A stretch of 63,578 bases of DNA, the filler included, from Sanchytrium tribonematis (lineage: Eukaryota): the NCBI GenBank assembly GCA_018985235.1. It is 19 parts of 19 records of this genome, joined end to end, with 100 filler letters (N's around TTAATTAATTAA, not from the genome) between each part and the next. Parts side by side here need not be neighbours in the genome. Positions count along the whole stretch, not along the records: positions 7,488 to 26,767 come from JADGIG010000104.1; 18 more parts are not named here. One strand, 5' to 3'. Of the stretch, positions 11,691-24,521 are shown piece by piece (the first letter of the stretch is position 1; each line of letters begins with the position of its first letter). The translations under genes and the position numbers were made by a program. The notes under the pieces were generated by a model that saw nothing but the letters and a program-made list of their open reading frames with translations, was not told the origin of the DNA and made no database searches.

Positions 11691-12033
11691 TGTTTGCGTC
11701 GACATGACGATTTAATCTGATTTGTCGACATAGTGTTGCTCATTTTCATTTGAATTTTAGTATTTTCTATTTTTCAATCGGGTCCTTACCGCCTCGTTAA
11801 GATGGATTTTATTGACTTGAAAGATCAAGAATGTAATAATTTCGACCGATAATCATTACGCTGGAATTGTGAATGCGATTCATAATTATAATATCTTGTC
11901 TTCGTGTTTGTGATTCTATGATACTATATTAATAAAATATTTTGTCGCATATATTGAGATCTAAAACAATACGCCAATTACGGAGAATTTAAACTTTTTT
12001 GTAGACGTTTTTAAATTTGAAACAGTTTTTGAA

Positions 12034-13813
12034 ATGCCCGCTGATCCTCAAAAATTAAAAGAAAAGTACCCAGACTTGCAAGTCGATCAATTGCTAGAAA
12101 AGTTCTACGCTTTGGACACCAAAAAGTCTGGCTCGTTGATTCAAAATGACGCCATCAAGCTCGTTCAATCTCTCCCAGAGAAATACGGATTTGACCAAAT
12201 TAATTCGACCTACAAACAACATGTTACTGGTGGTATGGAAATTGACGAGTTTATCGAAGTCGTTGCTGCTCTTAAACAGCAAGGTGTTCAAAAAAATGCT
12301 GCTGCCGATCCTGAAACCACCGCGCTGGTGGAATACTTCAATCACTTATTACAAGGTGATTCTGAATTAAGCTTGCCTTACCAGTCGGAATCCAATCAAA
12401 TTTTTGATGAAGTGAAGAACGGAATACTTTTGGCTAAAATGGCAAACAAAATTCAACCAAACAGCATTGACATTTCAAAGTTGACAAAAGAGCCAATGAC
12501 TGCTTTTCAAAGAACTGCAAACCAAAATGCAGTTGTTGCTGGTTTAAAGCCTTTAATTAGTGCAAATGTAGGTGCATCCGATATCGAATCCGGAAACTCA
12601 AAAGTATTGATTGGAGTCTTGAGTGCTCTTTACAAATTAGATTTGAGCAACAAAGTTAATATCAAAAAGACTCCAGAGCTATCCAGACTTGCAAAAGATG
12701 CGAAGGAAGATGTCAGCAAGTTGAAAATTGAAGAAGTTTTGGTAAGATGGATCAACTATCATACTGAAAGATCAAATGTTGGAAGATTTTGCGCAAATTT
12801 GAATGACTTAAAAGACGGTGAATTTTTAAGTATTTTGTTTGTAAGATTAGCCCTGTTGAGCAACATTCAATTGGGACCACATCCAATGAAAGAAAATAAC
12901 CCAACAAAACGTGCTGCTATTTTGGTGGACTACGCAGCAAAGTTAGGAGTAACTCAATTTACTACTCCAACTATAGTTGACCAACCCCAAAAAGTTTTGG
13001 TAGCATTTTTGAGCACCTTATTCAGTGTTCATCACTGCATTTTGTCTTTAAGCGAAAACGAGTTTTGCACAACCAACCAAAAATTGTTTCAAGAAAGTGA
13101 CAGAACTGTCAACGGATTCTTAGTTTGGATTAATTCTTTGATCAACAATGGTGCTAATCAAGCTAATGCTCAAATGATTTTGTCTTTTGAAGAATTGACT
13201 GATGGACAAATCTTAGCTCGAGTGATCGATCGAGTATCTCCAGGAACTGTTGAATGGAAGAGAGTAAATAAAAATACGACTAGCAGAATTAAAAAATTAG
13301 AAAACTGCAATTATGTTGTAGATATTAGCAAGAAAATTGGTGTTGTCAGCAATTTGGGCGGAAATGATTTGGCAGATGGAAACAAACCTTTATTATTGGC
13401 ATATTTGACCAAATTGCAACAATTGAACATGGAAAACTTTTCAAAGTCTGTAAAGTCAGAAGCTGAATTAATTGCATGGGCAAATCAATTTGCAAAATTA
13501 GGAGGCAGCAAAGAAGTTTTGGCTACATTCAAAGACTCATTTTTGAATACGAGCAGATTTTATCTTGCTATCTTGGCTGGTTTAAATAAGAGATATGTAA
13601 ACTGGAGTTTGGTTCAAGAAGGATTTGGAGATGACCAAAAGAAGGACAATGCTAAATATGCTATTACTGTTGCTGTTCAATTAGGTATTGCCACATTTGT
13701 AGGTGTTGAAGATTTAACAGAGACTAAATCTAAACAAGTAATATTAATTGATGTAGATTCAGCCTTGGATTGCTGCTATGATGAATGTTCAAAGTGGATA
13801 TGGAAAATATTGA
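12034..13813 (+). CDS. Fimbrin/plastin-like actin bundler (EF-hand plus four CH domains), two exons
   Basis: EEVLVRWINYH, WINSL, KLENCNYVV, GGNDLADGN, NAKYAITVAVQLG; spliced C-terminus ETKSKQIQPWIAAMMNVQSGYGKY* fits the end of CH4. Confidence 0.85.
13738..13756 (+). other. 19-nt spliceosomal intron GTAATATTAATTGATGTAG
   Basis: GT-AG, phase 0; restores a fimbrin-like last helix and gives TGA at 13811 overlapping AATAAA. Confidence 0.8.
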
Positions 13814-13830
13814 ATAAATTCATGAGTCGT

Positions 13831-14475
13831 TCAAAATAGTCCTGGAACTAAATAATATTTGCTTTCTTTCGAAAGTTGCAACATACTGATTGTCAAATTT
13901 GAGAAAACCCATAAAAACATTAAAAATGTTGTAGTATTACAATGAAATAAAAAGAGACCAAAGTACATGTAAATTTCAAACGCGTAGTGCGGGCAATAAA
14001 ATGTTTTGAAGAAAAATCCTAGTTTTTTGTGCGAGTTTGATTTTTTCTTTGCTAAAATGAGCTGAATATGACAAATACTTTGCAATAACATAAAGAAAAC
14101 AAAAATAAAAGCACCAATTGAATAAGATTTTGATTTTTCCGTAGAAAGTGAGCAAATAGCGAGATAATAGTGTACAAAACCTATTATATAATGACCAATA
14201 AACATGCTAGTGGAATAAAGCATAAAATAGTTTTCAATTAACCGCCTGGTTACATGAACTAGGAACAAAATATTTAATGCATTGTAATCAAATCTGTAAA
14301 ACATGTACAATACAGTTGCAAAATAAAAATGCAAGAAATAAGATTTGGGTACATGAAATTGATTTGGTTGCTTAAGTACTTTTCCGTGTTGTATGAATAG
14401 GCTTAAATCTAACCAATAAGCCAACCAACAACAAACAGTCATAATTGCGAATGAAAAACCTTCAAAATTGATCAT
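13831..14475 (-). CDS. DFG10: Polyprenol reductase (steroid 5-alpha-reductase family)
   Basis: VPKSYFLHFY, HVTRRLIE, HYIIGFVHY, CPHYAFEIYMY, WVFSNL. Confidence 0.85.
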   Translation of the reverse strand: MINFEGFSFAIMTVCCWLAYWLDLSLFIQHGKVLKQPNQFHVPKSYFLHFYFATVLYMFYRFDYNALNILFLVHVTRRLIENYFMLYSTSMFIGHYIIGFVHYYLAICSLSTEKSKSYSIGAFIFVFFMLLQSICHIQLILAKKKSNSHKKLGFFFKTFYCPHYAFEIYMYFGLFLFHCNTTTFLMFLWVFSNLTISMLQLSKESKYYLVPGLF

Positions 14476-14905
14476 CAGAGGGGGTAATTTTGTTTTCCAC
14501 GAAGCCAAATTTTTTTAAATTTATAATGCATGACATGACAAGGATTAAAGAATATATCAAAATTGCAAAATGAATCAGATTTTGTGCTTCAATATCCTTG
14601 CGGGATTACAAAAAATTACAGCAATTTGCTAATAATGCTCGAGGGGTTTAAGGCTGAACACTTAACATAAATTTAAATATATATTATATGATATTATTAA
14701 GCCATAGAGTTAATCTATTTATTTTTTTAATTCGTTAAATAAAAATATTGGGGTATCGTTTGTCGCCAAGGAAGATGCAGCTAAGCATTAATATGTCTTC
14801 CAAATCATCAGTAGTGCTTTCAGTTCGATGTTCCGCATTCATTTTAGAGTGTTTTCAATCTAATTTCACTATTTCGTTTATAGCCAATTTTTTCTCCTTT
14901 GTTTT

Positions 14906-17900
14906 ATGAATCGAACCAGCATCATAAATGATCAGGTTTGGATATCCCATAAGGAAGAAGGATATCTGTTGGTAAAAGTAGAGAAAAAAAGTGATGAGGG
15001 GATCCATTATTCAATAAGTAACAAACAGTTTTCAACAAAAGAATTCTATCCACATAATCCAAGTTTACTAAATACGATAAGCGATTTATGCATGCTGTCT
15101 TATCTTCATGAACCCGCCATTTTATACACATTAAAACAAAGATATCTGCAACAAAATATTTATACTTGGTCTGGTTTGGTTTTGATTGCGATTAACCCTT
15201 TCAAATCATTACCAATTTATGGAAATAATATGGTCAGTACCTATCAGAATACACATGAAAATCTTGATCCTCACATATTTATGATTGCAAAAACTAGTTA
15301 TGACGGTCTTAGTTTGCAAAATCAATCGATTATTGTTTCTGGCGAGAGTGGAGCTGGAAAAACACAATCTGCTAAGTATTTGATGAAATACATTACGGGT
15401 CAAAATACTTCCGAATTAAGTGATGTTGAGAGCGCAGTTTTGGCAACAAATCCACTTACAGAATCTTTTGGTAACGCAAAAACTGTTCGAAACGACAACT
15501 CGAGTCGATTTGGAAAATATTTAGAAATGCTATTTGTTAGGGAGGATGACCAATTTAAAATTGTGGGCGCCAAGATGAGCACATTTTTATTAGAAAGAAG
15601 TAGAATTGTTTATCAACCTACAAACGAACGTAATTATCATATATTCTACCAATTGCTTAAGGGATGTGCCTTGGCTGAAAGGAAGCAATTGTATTTGCCT
15701 AATGTGACTGACATGAAATATATTAAAACTTGCACTCATATTGATAATGTGGACGACCAAGCAGAATTCAATTTGACACAAAAGGCGTTTTCTCAAATAG
15801 GGATATCAGTTTCAATGCAGTGGAAAGTATTTCAAGTTCTAGCAGGAATTTTGCACCTTGGAAATACTGAGTTTGGAAATGTTGTAGTCAATGACGTAAC
15901 CTTGGATGATTCTCGCGTAATGGATGACGATGCTCATCCGAATTTAGGATATGCTTGTGAGCTATTGGGATTAGACAAGGAACTATTTAAAAAGCATTTG
16001 ACAACTAGAACCATTCACATGAGATCTGAGAAAATTGAAAAACCTCTTCTTAAACAGGAAGCCAATATCGTCAAAGATGCAGTTTCGAAATACATTTACA
16101 CTAATCTTTTTGACTGGCTCATACAGCAAATTAATTATGCATTGGCCCCGAATGCAAAAGGTTCCTATTTTATTGGGATTTTAGATATTTTTGGATTTGA
16201 ACACTTTAAAAGAAATTCATTTGAGCAATTTTGCATTAATTATGCCAATGAGAAGCTTCAGCAGGAATTCAATCAGCATGTTTTCAAGGTAGAGCAACAG
16301 AGATATGTGGACGAAGGGATAGAATGGCAATTTATTGATTTTCAAGATAATCAGCCTTGCATTGATTTAATAGAAGACAAAGTGGGTGTGCTAAGTATTT
16401 TGGATGAAGAAGTTCTACTTCCTAGTGGAAATGATTCTAGTTTTATCAACAAATTGTATATGCAATTTCACGACGCAGCAGCCCCCAAATCCAATAAGAA
16501 AGCTTATTTTGGAAAGCCTAAATTCGGTCAGGAATCTTTTGTAATAAAGCATTACGCAATTGATGTTGAATATCATATGGAAGGATTTATCGATAAAAAT
16601 AAGGATTCTATTGCTGATGAAATTGTACAAGTTCTCGCGAGGTCTACGAATGAACTTTTAAAAGAAATGTTACATTTGAAGCAGCAAGACACGTCGACAA
16701 AGAAAAGATCTACGCTTGGGAGTACATTTAAATCCAGTTTAATTGATTTAATGAAAACCATCCAATCAACAAATGTGTCCTATGTCCGATGTATAAAACC
16801 AAATGCAAGCAAACAGGCTTTTGAATATGATCCTTTGATGGTGTTGTCACAACTTCGTGCTTGTGGTGTTTTAGAAACAATCCGAATTAGTTCTGCCGGA
16901 TATCCTGGAAGAATGGATTATGATGAATTTGTAAGTCGATATTATCTTTTGACAAGTTTTAAGCATCGTCAATTACCCAAAATGGAACTTATAAAAACTA
17001 TTCTGGTTAAGGTCTTGGATGACGAAAAACGAAGTGACAAATTTACATCACAGCAAGGCAAGGTGGATCTGTACCAACTTGGAAAAACAAAGATTTTTTT
17101 TAGAGCTGGGGAGTTGGCATACATGGAAAGAAGTAGAGATAAAAGATTACGCCAAGCAGCGATCATGTTGCAGAAGAATATGAAGTGCATGATCTACAAG
17201 AAAAAATTTGATAACAAACGAGCATTGACAATTAAGGCGCAATCATATGCCAGAAGATACATCGCACGTCAGAGAGTCAAAAAAATGAGGGTTCTTGCTG
17301 CCGCAATTACGATCCAGTCTATGTGCCGAATGTTTTTAAAACGAAAACAATTTTTGACGTTGAGAATAGCATCCTTATACATTCAGACTCAATTTAGAGC
17401 ATACAAAGTGAGAAGAAGGTTTGCTAATAAGAAGAAAGAATTTTCTGCAATGAAAATTCAACGTGTGTATAGAGGTCATTTAGCAAGAAAAGATTACAAG
17501 CGAGAATTGAAGTTGATTATTTTTTTGCAAAGTTGTATTCGAAGACGCTATGCCTATAGGGAATTAAAACAACTCAGAATTGAAGCCAAATCTGCCAACC
17601 ATTTCAAGGACGTGTCTTACAAATTAGAGAACAAGGTTGTTCAATTGACTCAAGCAAACCAGACTAAGGATCAACTTATCAAAGAGTTACAAGATAAATT
17701 AGCTGCAAGTGAAAATAATTGCTTGAGTTGGAAGGAAAGATACACAAAACTAGAGGTGCAGTCAAAATCCACTGCAAAAGGCGGTAAAGCATTAAATGAG
17801 CAAGATCACAAAAAATTCGTGGAGGTAGAAAAACGCTGCAAGCAATTGACAGAAAGCGCGGCAGAGTATTTAAGCAAATTATCATTGATTGAAAATGAAT

Positions 17901-19445
17901 CAAAAGCCATAAAAGCTGAAAATGAAAAATTGAAGCGTGACAAAGATCACGTTGAACAACAATTACAAACTCAAATTGACAAGTTAACCAATATTAATTT
18001 GTTGCAACAGCAAGTTAACACATTGAAGACTCAACTTCATAAAATGAATGATGATGAGTACGAAGAAACTCTTCCATTTTCACCTATAACAGCCGAAGAT
18101 AAAGGACATGTTATGACCAACACTTTATTTGGAACAAATATTAATTCCTCAACCCAAAAATTGGATGAAGAAAGTCCTGAAGCATTGCAATTAACCCAAA
18201 TCAAAGACTTATTGAAAAATCCCCAACTGGAATCAGAATTATTGAAAAACTTTATCAATTTACGTATCCCAGACATACCACCATTTATCTTGAATCTTCC
18301 CAATATTTGGGATATAACGAGCTCGGAAACTGTTCAATCTAGAAAAGAAAGCTTATTTCCTGCTCATACTTTGTGTGTTTATTTAATTAAAAAGTGGCAA
18401 CTTGGTCTGGCGACAAAATCATTTAATACAATTTTGAAGCAAATTGAAGATAAATTGGAGACTGATAGTTTTAGAACTTTGTCATTTTGGACTTCTAATT
18501 TGTTTGAAATGTCTTGCATCGTTAAAAGTGTCAAGCTGCAAAAAAACAGAATGACCAAGAGTCTTGATGCTCAAACTGCAAATTTGAAGAGAGATGTAAC
18601 TGATTTAAGCGAAAGTGGTAAAGAAATTTTAAAAATTCAAAATGAAATGGAGAGAATATTTTTAAAAGGTTTTCAAAAATTATATTCATTTTTAAGACAA
18701 AGATTTCAGAAATATGCAATTCCTTCAATTTTGGAGAACCAATCACTACCTGGCTTTGTCACAAAGGATGACGGCGGATTTTTTCAAAGACTCGGATATT
18801 CGTCGTCTGAAAAACATTCTGTTGAAGATTTAATCGAAAATCTAACAGAAAATGTTAGAATGCTTAAGGGTTACGCCATGGATGATTTGATTGTTGCTCA
18901 GATATTCGGTGAAATAATCAGACTATTGGGCATTGAGGCATTCAATCATTTGTTGATGCGTCGTGGTTTTTCAACATGGAAAAGAGGTTTATTAGATTTA
19001 TATAGGAATGCAAATTCAGTACAATGTTAGCCGTGTTACTGAGTGGGCTCGAAAAAATCAAGTTGCGCAAGCGAGTGACCATTTTGAAAAATTGATGCAG
19101 TGTGCAAAATTAATGCAACTTTCAAAGGCAATTCCTCCAAATCACGAGCTTTTTATAGAAGATTTATGTGAAGTCTGTCACCAACTAAGTGGCTCTCAAA
19201 TCCAAAAATTGCTGACTTTGTACACTGCTTCCGAATTTGACGCACCAATCCCCAACAAGTTGATTAATCAAGTAGCCCTTAAAATTAAGGACACTGATGT
19301 GATTTTGTTAGAGGTTCCAATTGAGTCCGACTTTTCATGGTTTGATAAACCAGATTATCGAAAAGTTAAAGCTATTTACAAGTATCTTCCACGAGACTTG
19401 GAAGATCATTCACCATTGACTTTAATGTTATTTAAATATGCCTAG
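14906..19445 (+). CDS. MYO2: Class V myosin (motor, IQ repeats, coiled coil, DIL domain), two exons
   Basis: GESGAGKT, NDNSSRFGK, DIFGFE, QLRACGVLETIRIS, IQ motifs; spliced DIL motif FNHLLMRRGFSTWKRGMQIQYNVSRVTEW. Confidence 0.95.
18987..19005 (+). other. 19-nt spliceosomal intron GTTTATTAGATTTATATAG
   Basis: Removal restores the conserved WKRGMQIQYN and joins ORFs 14906 and 19008. Confidence 0.93.
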
Positions 19446-19471
19446 TAAATTTATGTTTATTTTTTAATTGA

Positions 19472-20206
19472 CTAATTAAAGTCTTTCTCATTAATGGATG
19501 GGCTGAGAGGATCAAGCACTGAAAATAAATCCGCAGGATCTTTTGGAATATTTAAGGATTTTCCATTTTTTAGTCTGAAATTTCTCCTAGTTCTAATGCG
19601 GTATTGATAGTGTTTTTTGTAGCCATAATTAGTAATTAAATCATCTGGTATTGGATCCCTTTGCTTAGAGTGTGCTCTATCAGGAGAACTCTCTAGAGAC
19701 CTATTGAATGTGTTGAAGGATGGTAATTTTGATAAAGTGGGCGGCTTTATGGAATCACCAAACTCGTCTTTCTGATATTTTGTGGGACTTAGTGTCTTAC
19801 TTTTGGATTCTTCTCTCATATTTAAAAGACTTGGAATATCAGATTGGCCATACTGAATTTCGCTACTCTCCTCTAGTGATCCAAGGCTAGATTGCCTAAA
19901 TCCCTCGATATTTAAAGGCTCAGTTTTACTTTCTATCGTGTTCCCATATTTTCCGTCTTCTAACTTATTGAGATATGATCTGTAGTCTAAAATGCTCCTC
20001 ATCATTCTATTATGGTAATCGTCCGATAATGTCCTCACGTTTTCTTCAACTTCCCATGTATTTTGAGTAATTTTGTAGTTTGACCATTTGACGAGGTATT
20101 TCTTTTCAATGTCCTTTAAGACTACCATTCCAGCTATATAATCTACCTCGTAGGTGCTTTCATTCGCTTCAAGATCGGAGTTTTCATCCTCGAAAACATT
20201 TGACAT
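19472..20206 (-). CDS. Chromodomain protein
   Basis: YEVDYI...KYLVKWSNYKITQNTWEVEENV. Confidence 0.8.
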   Translation of the reverse strand: MSNVFEDENSDLEANESTYEVDYIAGMVVLKDIEKKYLVKWSNYKITQNTWEVEENVRTLSDDYHNRMMRSILDYRSYLNKLEDGKYGNTIESKTEPLNIEGFRQSSLGSLEESSEIQYGQSDIPSLLNMREESKSKTLSPTKYQKDEFGDSIKPPTLSKLPSFNTFNRSLESSPDRAHSKQRDPIPDDLITNYGYKKHYQYRIRTRRNFRLKNGKSLNIPKDPADLFSVLDPLSPSINEKDFN

Positions 20207-20329
20207 GAAAATCTTATAAAACAATTTCTCCGTAGTCCTCAACTCAAATTATCAAACTAATAATGTCCATTTTAGTATTACGATTGCGAAGCCATTGTGG
20301 CAAATTTATATAATTCTTGTCCCCTTGTT

Positions 20330-22549
20330 ATGAATGGCTTTGATTTCACTAAATTGTGCGAATTTTTAGATGCTTCCACCCAAAGAAGCATTCCGGATGT
20401 CAAAAAAGCATTTGAAAACATGTTTAAATATCTTAGAAATAATAATTCAGAATTGTTGTACCCAGTGATAAGAATTTTGTGCATCAAATTAGATCGAAGG
20501 CGAAGTCCATTCGGTTTAGGGAATGATAAAATTGCTAGGATTATTATAGATACAATTGGAATCGATAAAAAAAGCGAACAAGCCTCTAAATTGTTAAAAT
20601 TTAAACAAGAACCTATTGAATTTTCTGATTTAGTAAAACAAGCTATAACTGATAGGTTGGACAATCCTGACTCTCATATTTCGATACCTGATATTCACGG
20701 CTATCTTGATCAAATTGCAATTTCAGAATTGGAGAAGAAAAAAGACGTTTTCCTAGATTTACTACTAAAATTGAGCCCTACTGAAATGTTCTGGTTCATT
20801 AGAATTATTTTGAAAGATTTAAGAATCAGGATCAATGGTGAAACTATTTTAAAATTATTCGCATCTGAAGCTAGTGAATTATGGGCTACTCACACCGATT
20901 TGGAATATGTAGTAAATGTTGGGTTAGTTGGGAAAGCAAAAGTAAAAACTATTGAAGTTGGAAAATCATTTAAGCCAATGCTTAGTAAAAGGGCAACAAC
21001 CCTAGCTGATCCTTTTAAATCAGCAAAGGAACTATACGTTGAAGAAAAAATAGATGGTGAAAGAATTTTGCTCCATAAAGCCAATGATCAGTATAAATTT
21101 TTCACAAAAAATTACCAGGATGAGACGCCAAGATATGGCAACATTCAGGAAGGTCCTTTGACTCCTAAAATACATTCTCAAATACACTCCAACACTGTAA
21201 TTCTTGATGGAGAAATGATGGCTTATAAAAATGGTAGACCACTTCCATTTGGAGCACTTCGTAAACTTTTTGGTCACATCAACGAATTCACTAATCAATT
21301 TAGTGAGGAAGATATCAAGGGTGCTCAAATGAAATATATGGTCTTTGACATTGTTCTAATCGGGGACAGAGATTTGACCACAACCGCCCTATCTACTCGA
21401 AAGAAGCTGCTAGATAAAATAGTGACAGAAAATGACTTTATAAATGTAGTTCCTTTTCAAATTTGCTCCTCAGAGAAGGATTTAGGTGACCTCTTGAACA
21501 AACAATTATCTAATAAGCGAGAAGGAATTGTGTGTAAAGTACCTAATAGTCAATATATTTGTGGTGGAAGAGGATTGGAATGGTTCAAAGTGAAAAGTAG
21601 CACTCTGGGTGCCATGGATGGAGAATTCGATGTTGTAGTTGTTGGCGCATATTACGGAAGAGGTACTAGAAGTGGACAATTGGTCACATTTCTAGGATCT
21701 ATCTTGCATAACAAAAATCAAATTGATATGGTTTTCACATCTTTGTGCAAAATCTCAGGAATGAAGAAGGAAGAATATGAATTTATCCAAGGTGTTTTTG
21801 AGGAACACGGTCAACCATATTGCGAACAAGAATGGTTAAACCATTCGAATAAGAATAAACCGGATCATATTTTGAATCCAAATGAATGCTGTGTTATTGC
21901 TGAGATAAAAGGACACGAATTTATTAAGGATTCTGGCAATGACTACGGGTTTGATTACACAATTCGCTTTCCTCAGTTTATGAAGTTTAGACACGATAAA
22001 ACATTAGAAGATTCAGAAACAGAACAAAACCTACTAAATTACATATTGGAAAATCCTATGATAACAAAAAGTATTGACTCAATTAGCGTGCAAATTTCCG
22101 CAGCACAAAACAGACCTTCTGATGAAAAAAGAAACAATAGAAAGAGAAGGAGAATTGAAATTGTTGACGTATCTAAAAAATCCAAATTAGAAGCAAGACT
22201 GAATATTCTCAATGGATATTCTTTTATCGGCGACGAGGAAAACTGCAATTTAGCTCAGGAATTAGGCGGGCAAATTGGGCCTCAAGGCAACGATATAATG
22301 ATTGCAAAAGATTTCAAGAAATATCCCAATGCTTTGTCTCCAAAATGTCTCGAAATTTGGAATCAAGCGGAAAAGCTGATTCTTTCTCCTAAGCAGATAG
22401 AAAGTGAGACAAGTTTTGATTTGGGTTCAAGATTAAAATTGCGATGCGGGATTCATTTATTTGAAAAACTTTCAGAGAAAGATTTTGAATCTATCTCCGT
22501 AAGAGATGTGAGCGAGGAAATGGTAAATAAGATTGAAAACTTATTCTAA
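20330..22549 (+). CDS. DNL4: DNA ligase IV-like ATP-dependent ligase
   Basis: EEKIDGER (motif I), LDGEMMAY, VFDIV, EGIVCK, WFKVK, VVVGAYYGRGTRSG, TIRFPQF; also WFIRIILKDLRI typical of Lig4. Confidence 0.85.
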   Translation: MNGFDFTKLCEFLDASTQRSIPDVKKAFENMFKYLRNNNSELLYPVIRILCIKLDRRRSPFGLGNDKIARIIIDTIGIDKKSEQASKLLKFKQEPIEFSDLVKQAITDRLDNPDSHISIPDIHGYLDQIAISELEKKKDVFLDLLLKLSPTEMFWFIRIILKDLRIRINGETILKLFASEASELWATHTDLEYVVNVGLVGKAKVKTIEVGKSFKPMLSKRATTLADPFKSAKELYVEEKIDGERILLHKANDQYKFFTKNYQDETPRYGNIQEGPLTPKIHSQIHSNTVILDGEMMAYKNGRPLPFGALRKLFGHINEFTNQFSEEDIKGAQMKYMVFDIVLIGDRDLTTTALSTRKKLLDKIVTENDFINVVPFQICSSEKDLGDLLNKQLSNKREGIVCKVPNSQYICGGRGLEWFKVKSSTLGAMDGEFDVVVVGAYYGRGTRSGQLVTFLGSILHNKNQIDMVFTSLCKISGMKKEEYEFIQGVFEEHGQPYCEQEWLNHSNKNKPDHILNPNECCVIAEIKGHEFIKDSGNDYGFDYTIRFPQFMKFRHDKTLEDSETEQNLLNYILENPMITKSIDSISVQISAAQNRPSDEKRNNRKRRRIEIVDVSKKSKLEARLNILNGYSFIGDEENCNLAQELGGQIGPQGNDIMIAKDFKKYPNALSPKCLEIWNQAEKLILSPKQIESETSFDLGSRLKLRCGIHLFEKLSEKDFESISVRDVSEEMVNKIENLF

Positions 22550-22600
22550 ATTTACACTGGCTTAAAAGTTTATGTACCATGTAATATTTACAAGTTGTAT

Positions 22601-23626
22601 TTATTTGGCTGTTTGTAGTAAAGTTGTACTTTCTACATTTTCAATTTGTACAGACACTGAATTTTCTTGCGTCTTACTTATTTCAATTTCTTCTTCCCGC
22701 ATTTCGTAGTAGACTTCTTTAGTAGAGTGTTGGTTTTGAGGGTGGTTTTGCGGAGTAGTTGCAATAAGATAACTTCCTCCAAGAACAAACACAGTTCCAA
22801 TCATACCAGTAAACAATATTTCATCACCAAGTAAAATACCAAAAATGAAGGCAAAAACGACGTCCAAAGATCGTACTGTCATAGAGGTAACAGAGCTTAC
22901 TTTTTGAACTCCAGCGTTCAAAAGAGCTTGTCCTAAGAAAGCGCAAATGCAACTCAACAACACAAGAAATATCTGGTGCACAGACAGTGCTGGAAATCCA
23001 GTGGTGGAAGATAGCAACAACCCAAGTATCAGCATATAGACACTTAAATAAAACACAAGGATGGAATAATGAATTTTTCCAATTTTTTTAATGACGATAA
23101 CTATGAATGCCGTTGTTATGGCTTCTCCAATTGCAAAAAGAGACCCATAGAAATCGTTCGGGTTACTAGACCATGAAGTGGGATGAGAAACCAAAACAAT
23201 GCCAGTAATCGCTATAAATATGGCTAAGACTTTCCTTTTTGTAATTAATTCTTTTAAAAATATAGCACCGAGAAATAGGGTATAAACAGGTGTTGTCATG
23301 AACAGTGCTGTTGCCATAGCAATTGGTAAATATTGCATTGCTGAAAAGTATAAGTATATCTGAAATCCGCCCAAAAACCCACGTAGATTTAACATTTTTT
23401 TGTGTTCTAAAGGACCTATAAGATCCACCTTCTCCACAATTGCAATTGCACCGCAAAATAGTCCTTGGACGATTGCCCGATACACGAGTAAATTAGAACT
23501 CGGGACTGAATGATTTAAAAGTTTGATGAATACTCCCATCAAAACAGTGAATAGAGCGCTACTGGCTATCTGGAGTATGCCTTTATCAGCATAACTTAAT
23601 TGAAAAGTTTTTAATAAAATACTCAT
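22601..23626 (-). CDS. EamA/DMT (SLC35G-like) transporter
   Basis: About 10 TM segments, LNLRGFLG, LGAIFLKE, FLGQALLNAGVQ. Confidence 0.85.
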   Translation of the reverse strand: MSILLKTFQLSYADKGILQIASSALFTVLMGVFIKLLNHSVPSSNLLVYRAIVQGLFCGAIAIVEKVDLIGPLEHKKMLNLRGFLGGFQIYLYFSAMQYLPIAMATALFMTTPVYTLFLGAIFLKELITKRKVLAIFIAITGIVLVSHPTSWSSNPNDFYGSLFAIGEAITTAFIVIVIKKIGKIHYSILVFYLSVYMLILGLLLSSTTGFPALSVHQIFLVLLSCICAFLGQALLNAGVQKVSSVTSMTVRSLDVVFAFIFGILLGDEILFTGMIGTVFVLGGSYLIATTPQNHPQNQHSTKEVYYEMREEEIEISKTQENSVSVQIENVESTTLLQTAK

Positions 23627-23699
23627 TTTTCAAGCCAAGTGGGTTCCCGACGTGATATTTCAGATTTCAGAATTTATTATTCATGTTACAAATAACAAT

Positions 23700-24521
23700 T
23701 TATTTCGGAGAGTCATTGTTATATCCACCTCTTCGATGGCCGCGTCTTCTTGGTCTATAAACTCGGGCACTTCCAAAAGTTTCCAAATTCATTTGTCTTT
23801 CTTCATTTCGATTAATAGTTGTTCTTTCATTTGATAATGAGTCAAAAAATGAGGATTGCTTGTTATAAGCTTTTTCAACTTTGTCTTCTGGGCTCAAATC
23901 AAGATCTTGAAGCTGCTTCGTGGTGTCTGCAAAATCAAAATCTTCTTTTGGAATATGTTGTTTTCGACCACGGCCACGACCTCTGCCTCGTCCGCGTCCA
24001 CGTTGGCTTCTAGTTCTATGATGGGTGGGTCTTTGTACTTTTTCAATTGGTTCCTCATCACTATCATCTTCCAGAATTGGCCCTCTTGCCTCTTGTACGG
24101 CTTGACTGTAGTCTCTCTTGGGAGCTGGAGCTCTTTTCTTTGGTGACTCACGCTTAGCTGGTTCCAAGGGTTCTAGAGGCTCCAATTCATCAAATTCAGA
24201 TTGTGGCTGCTGTGTACTGGATCTTGATATTCTCGAAGATGGTTGTCTCCCTCTTTCAGTACGAGCCGGCTTTTCCACAGAAACATCTTCTCTTTCGACT
24301 TTCTCATCGATAACCAAATCTTTAATGTCGCTGCTTTTAAATCTGATGCTGTCAAAAATTCTTGCACTTTCTGGTATGCCTTTTTCTTCACTGCCTAGGC
24401 ATTTTACTTTTGCAAGAGTAATTTCGCTACTCTCCGGGTTGATTTCCTGCAAAACACCCTTGTACTTTATTCCAGCTTTGCTTATTAATTCTATAGTAAG
24501 ACCGCGGAATTTTTCCATCAA
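23700..24521 (-). CDS. SCD6: Lsm14/Scd6 P-body protein
   Basis: Lsm14 domain IELISKAGIKYKGVL...FKSSDIKDL, RG repeats, EDFDF, SFFDSLS, NLETFG. Confidence 0.92.
   Translation of the reverse strand: MMEKFRGLTIELISKAGIKYKGVLQEINPESSEITLAKVKCLGSEEKGIPESARIFDSIRFKSSDIKDLVIDEKVEREDVSVEKPARTERGRQPSSRISRSSTQQPQSEFDELEPLEPLEPAKRESPKKRAPAPKRDYSQAVQEARGPILEDDSDEEPIEKVQRPTHHRTRSQRGRGRGRGRGRGRKQHIPKEDFDFADTTKQLQDLDLSPEDKVEKAYNKQSSFFDSLSNERTTINRNEERQMNLETFGSARVYRPRRRGHRRGGYNNDSPK

Noticed and set aside
14750..14840. tRNA-like GTTCGA-containing stretch
   Set aside because: No acceptor stem or T-stem pairing could be built
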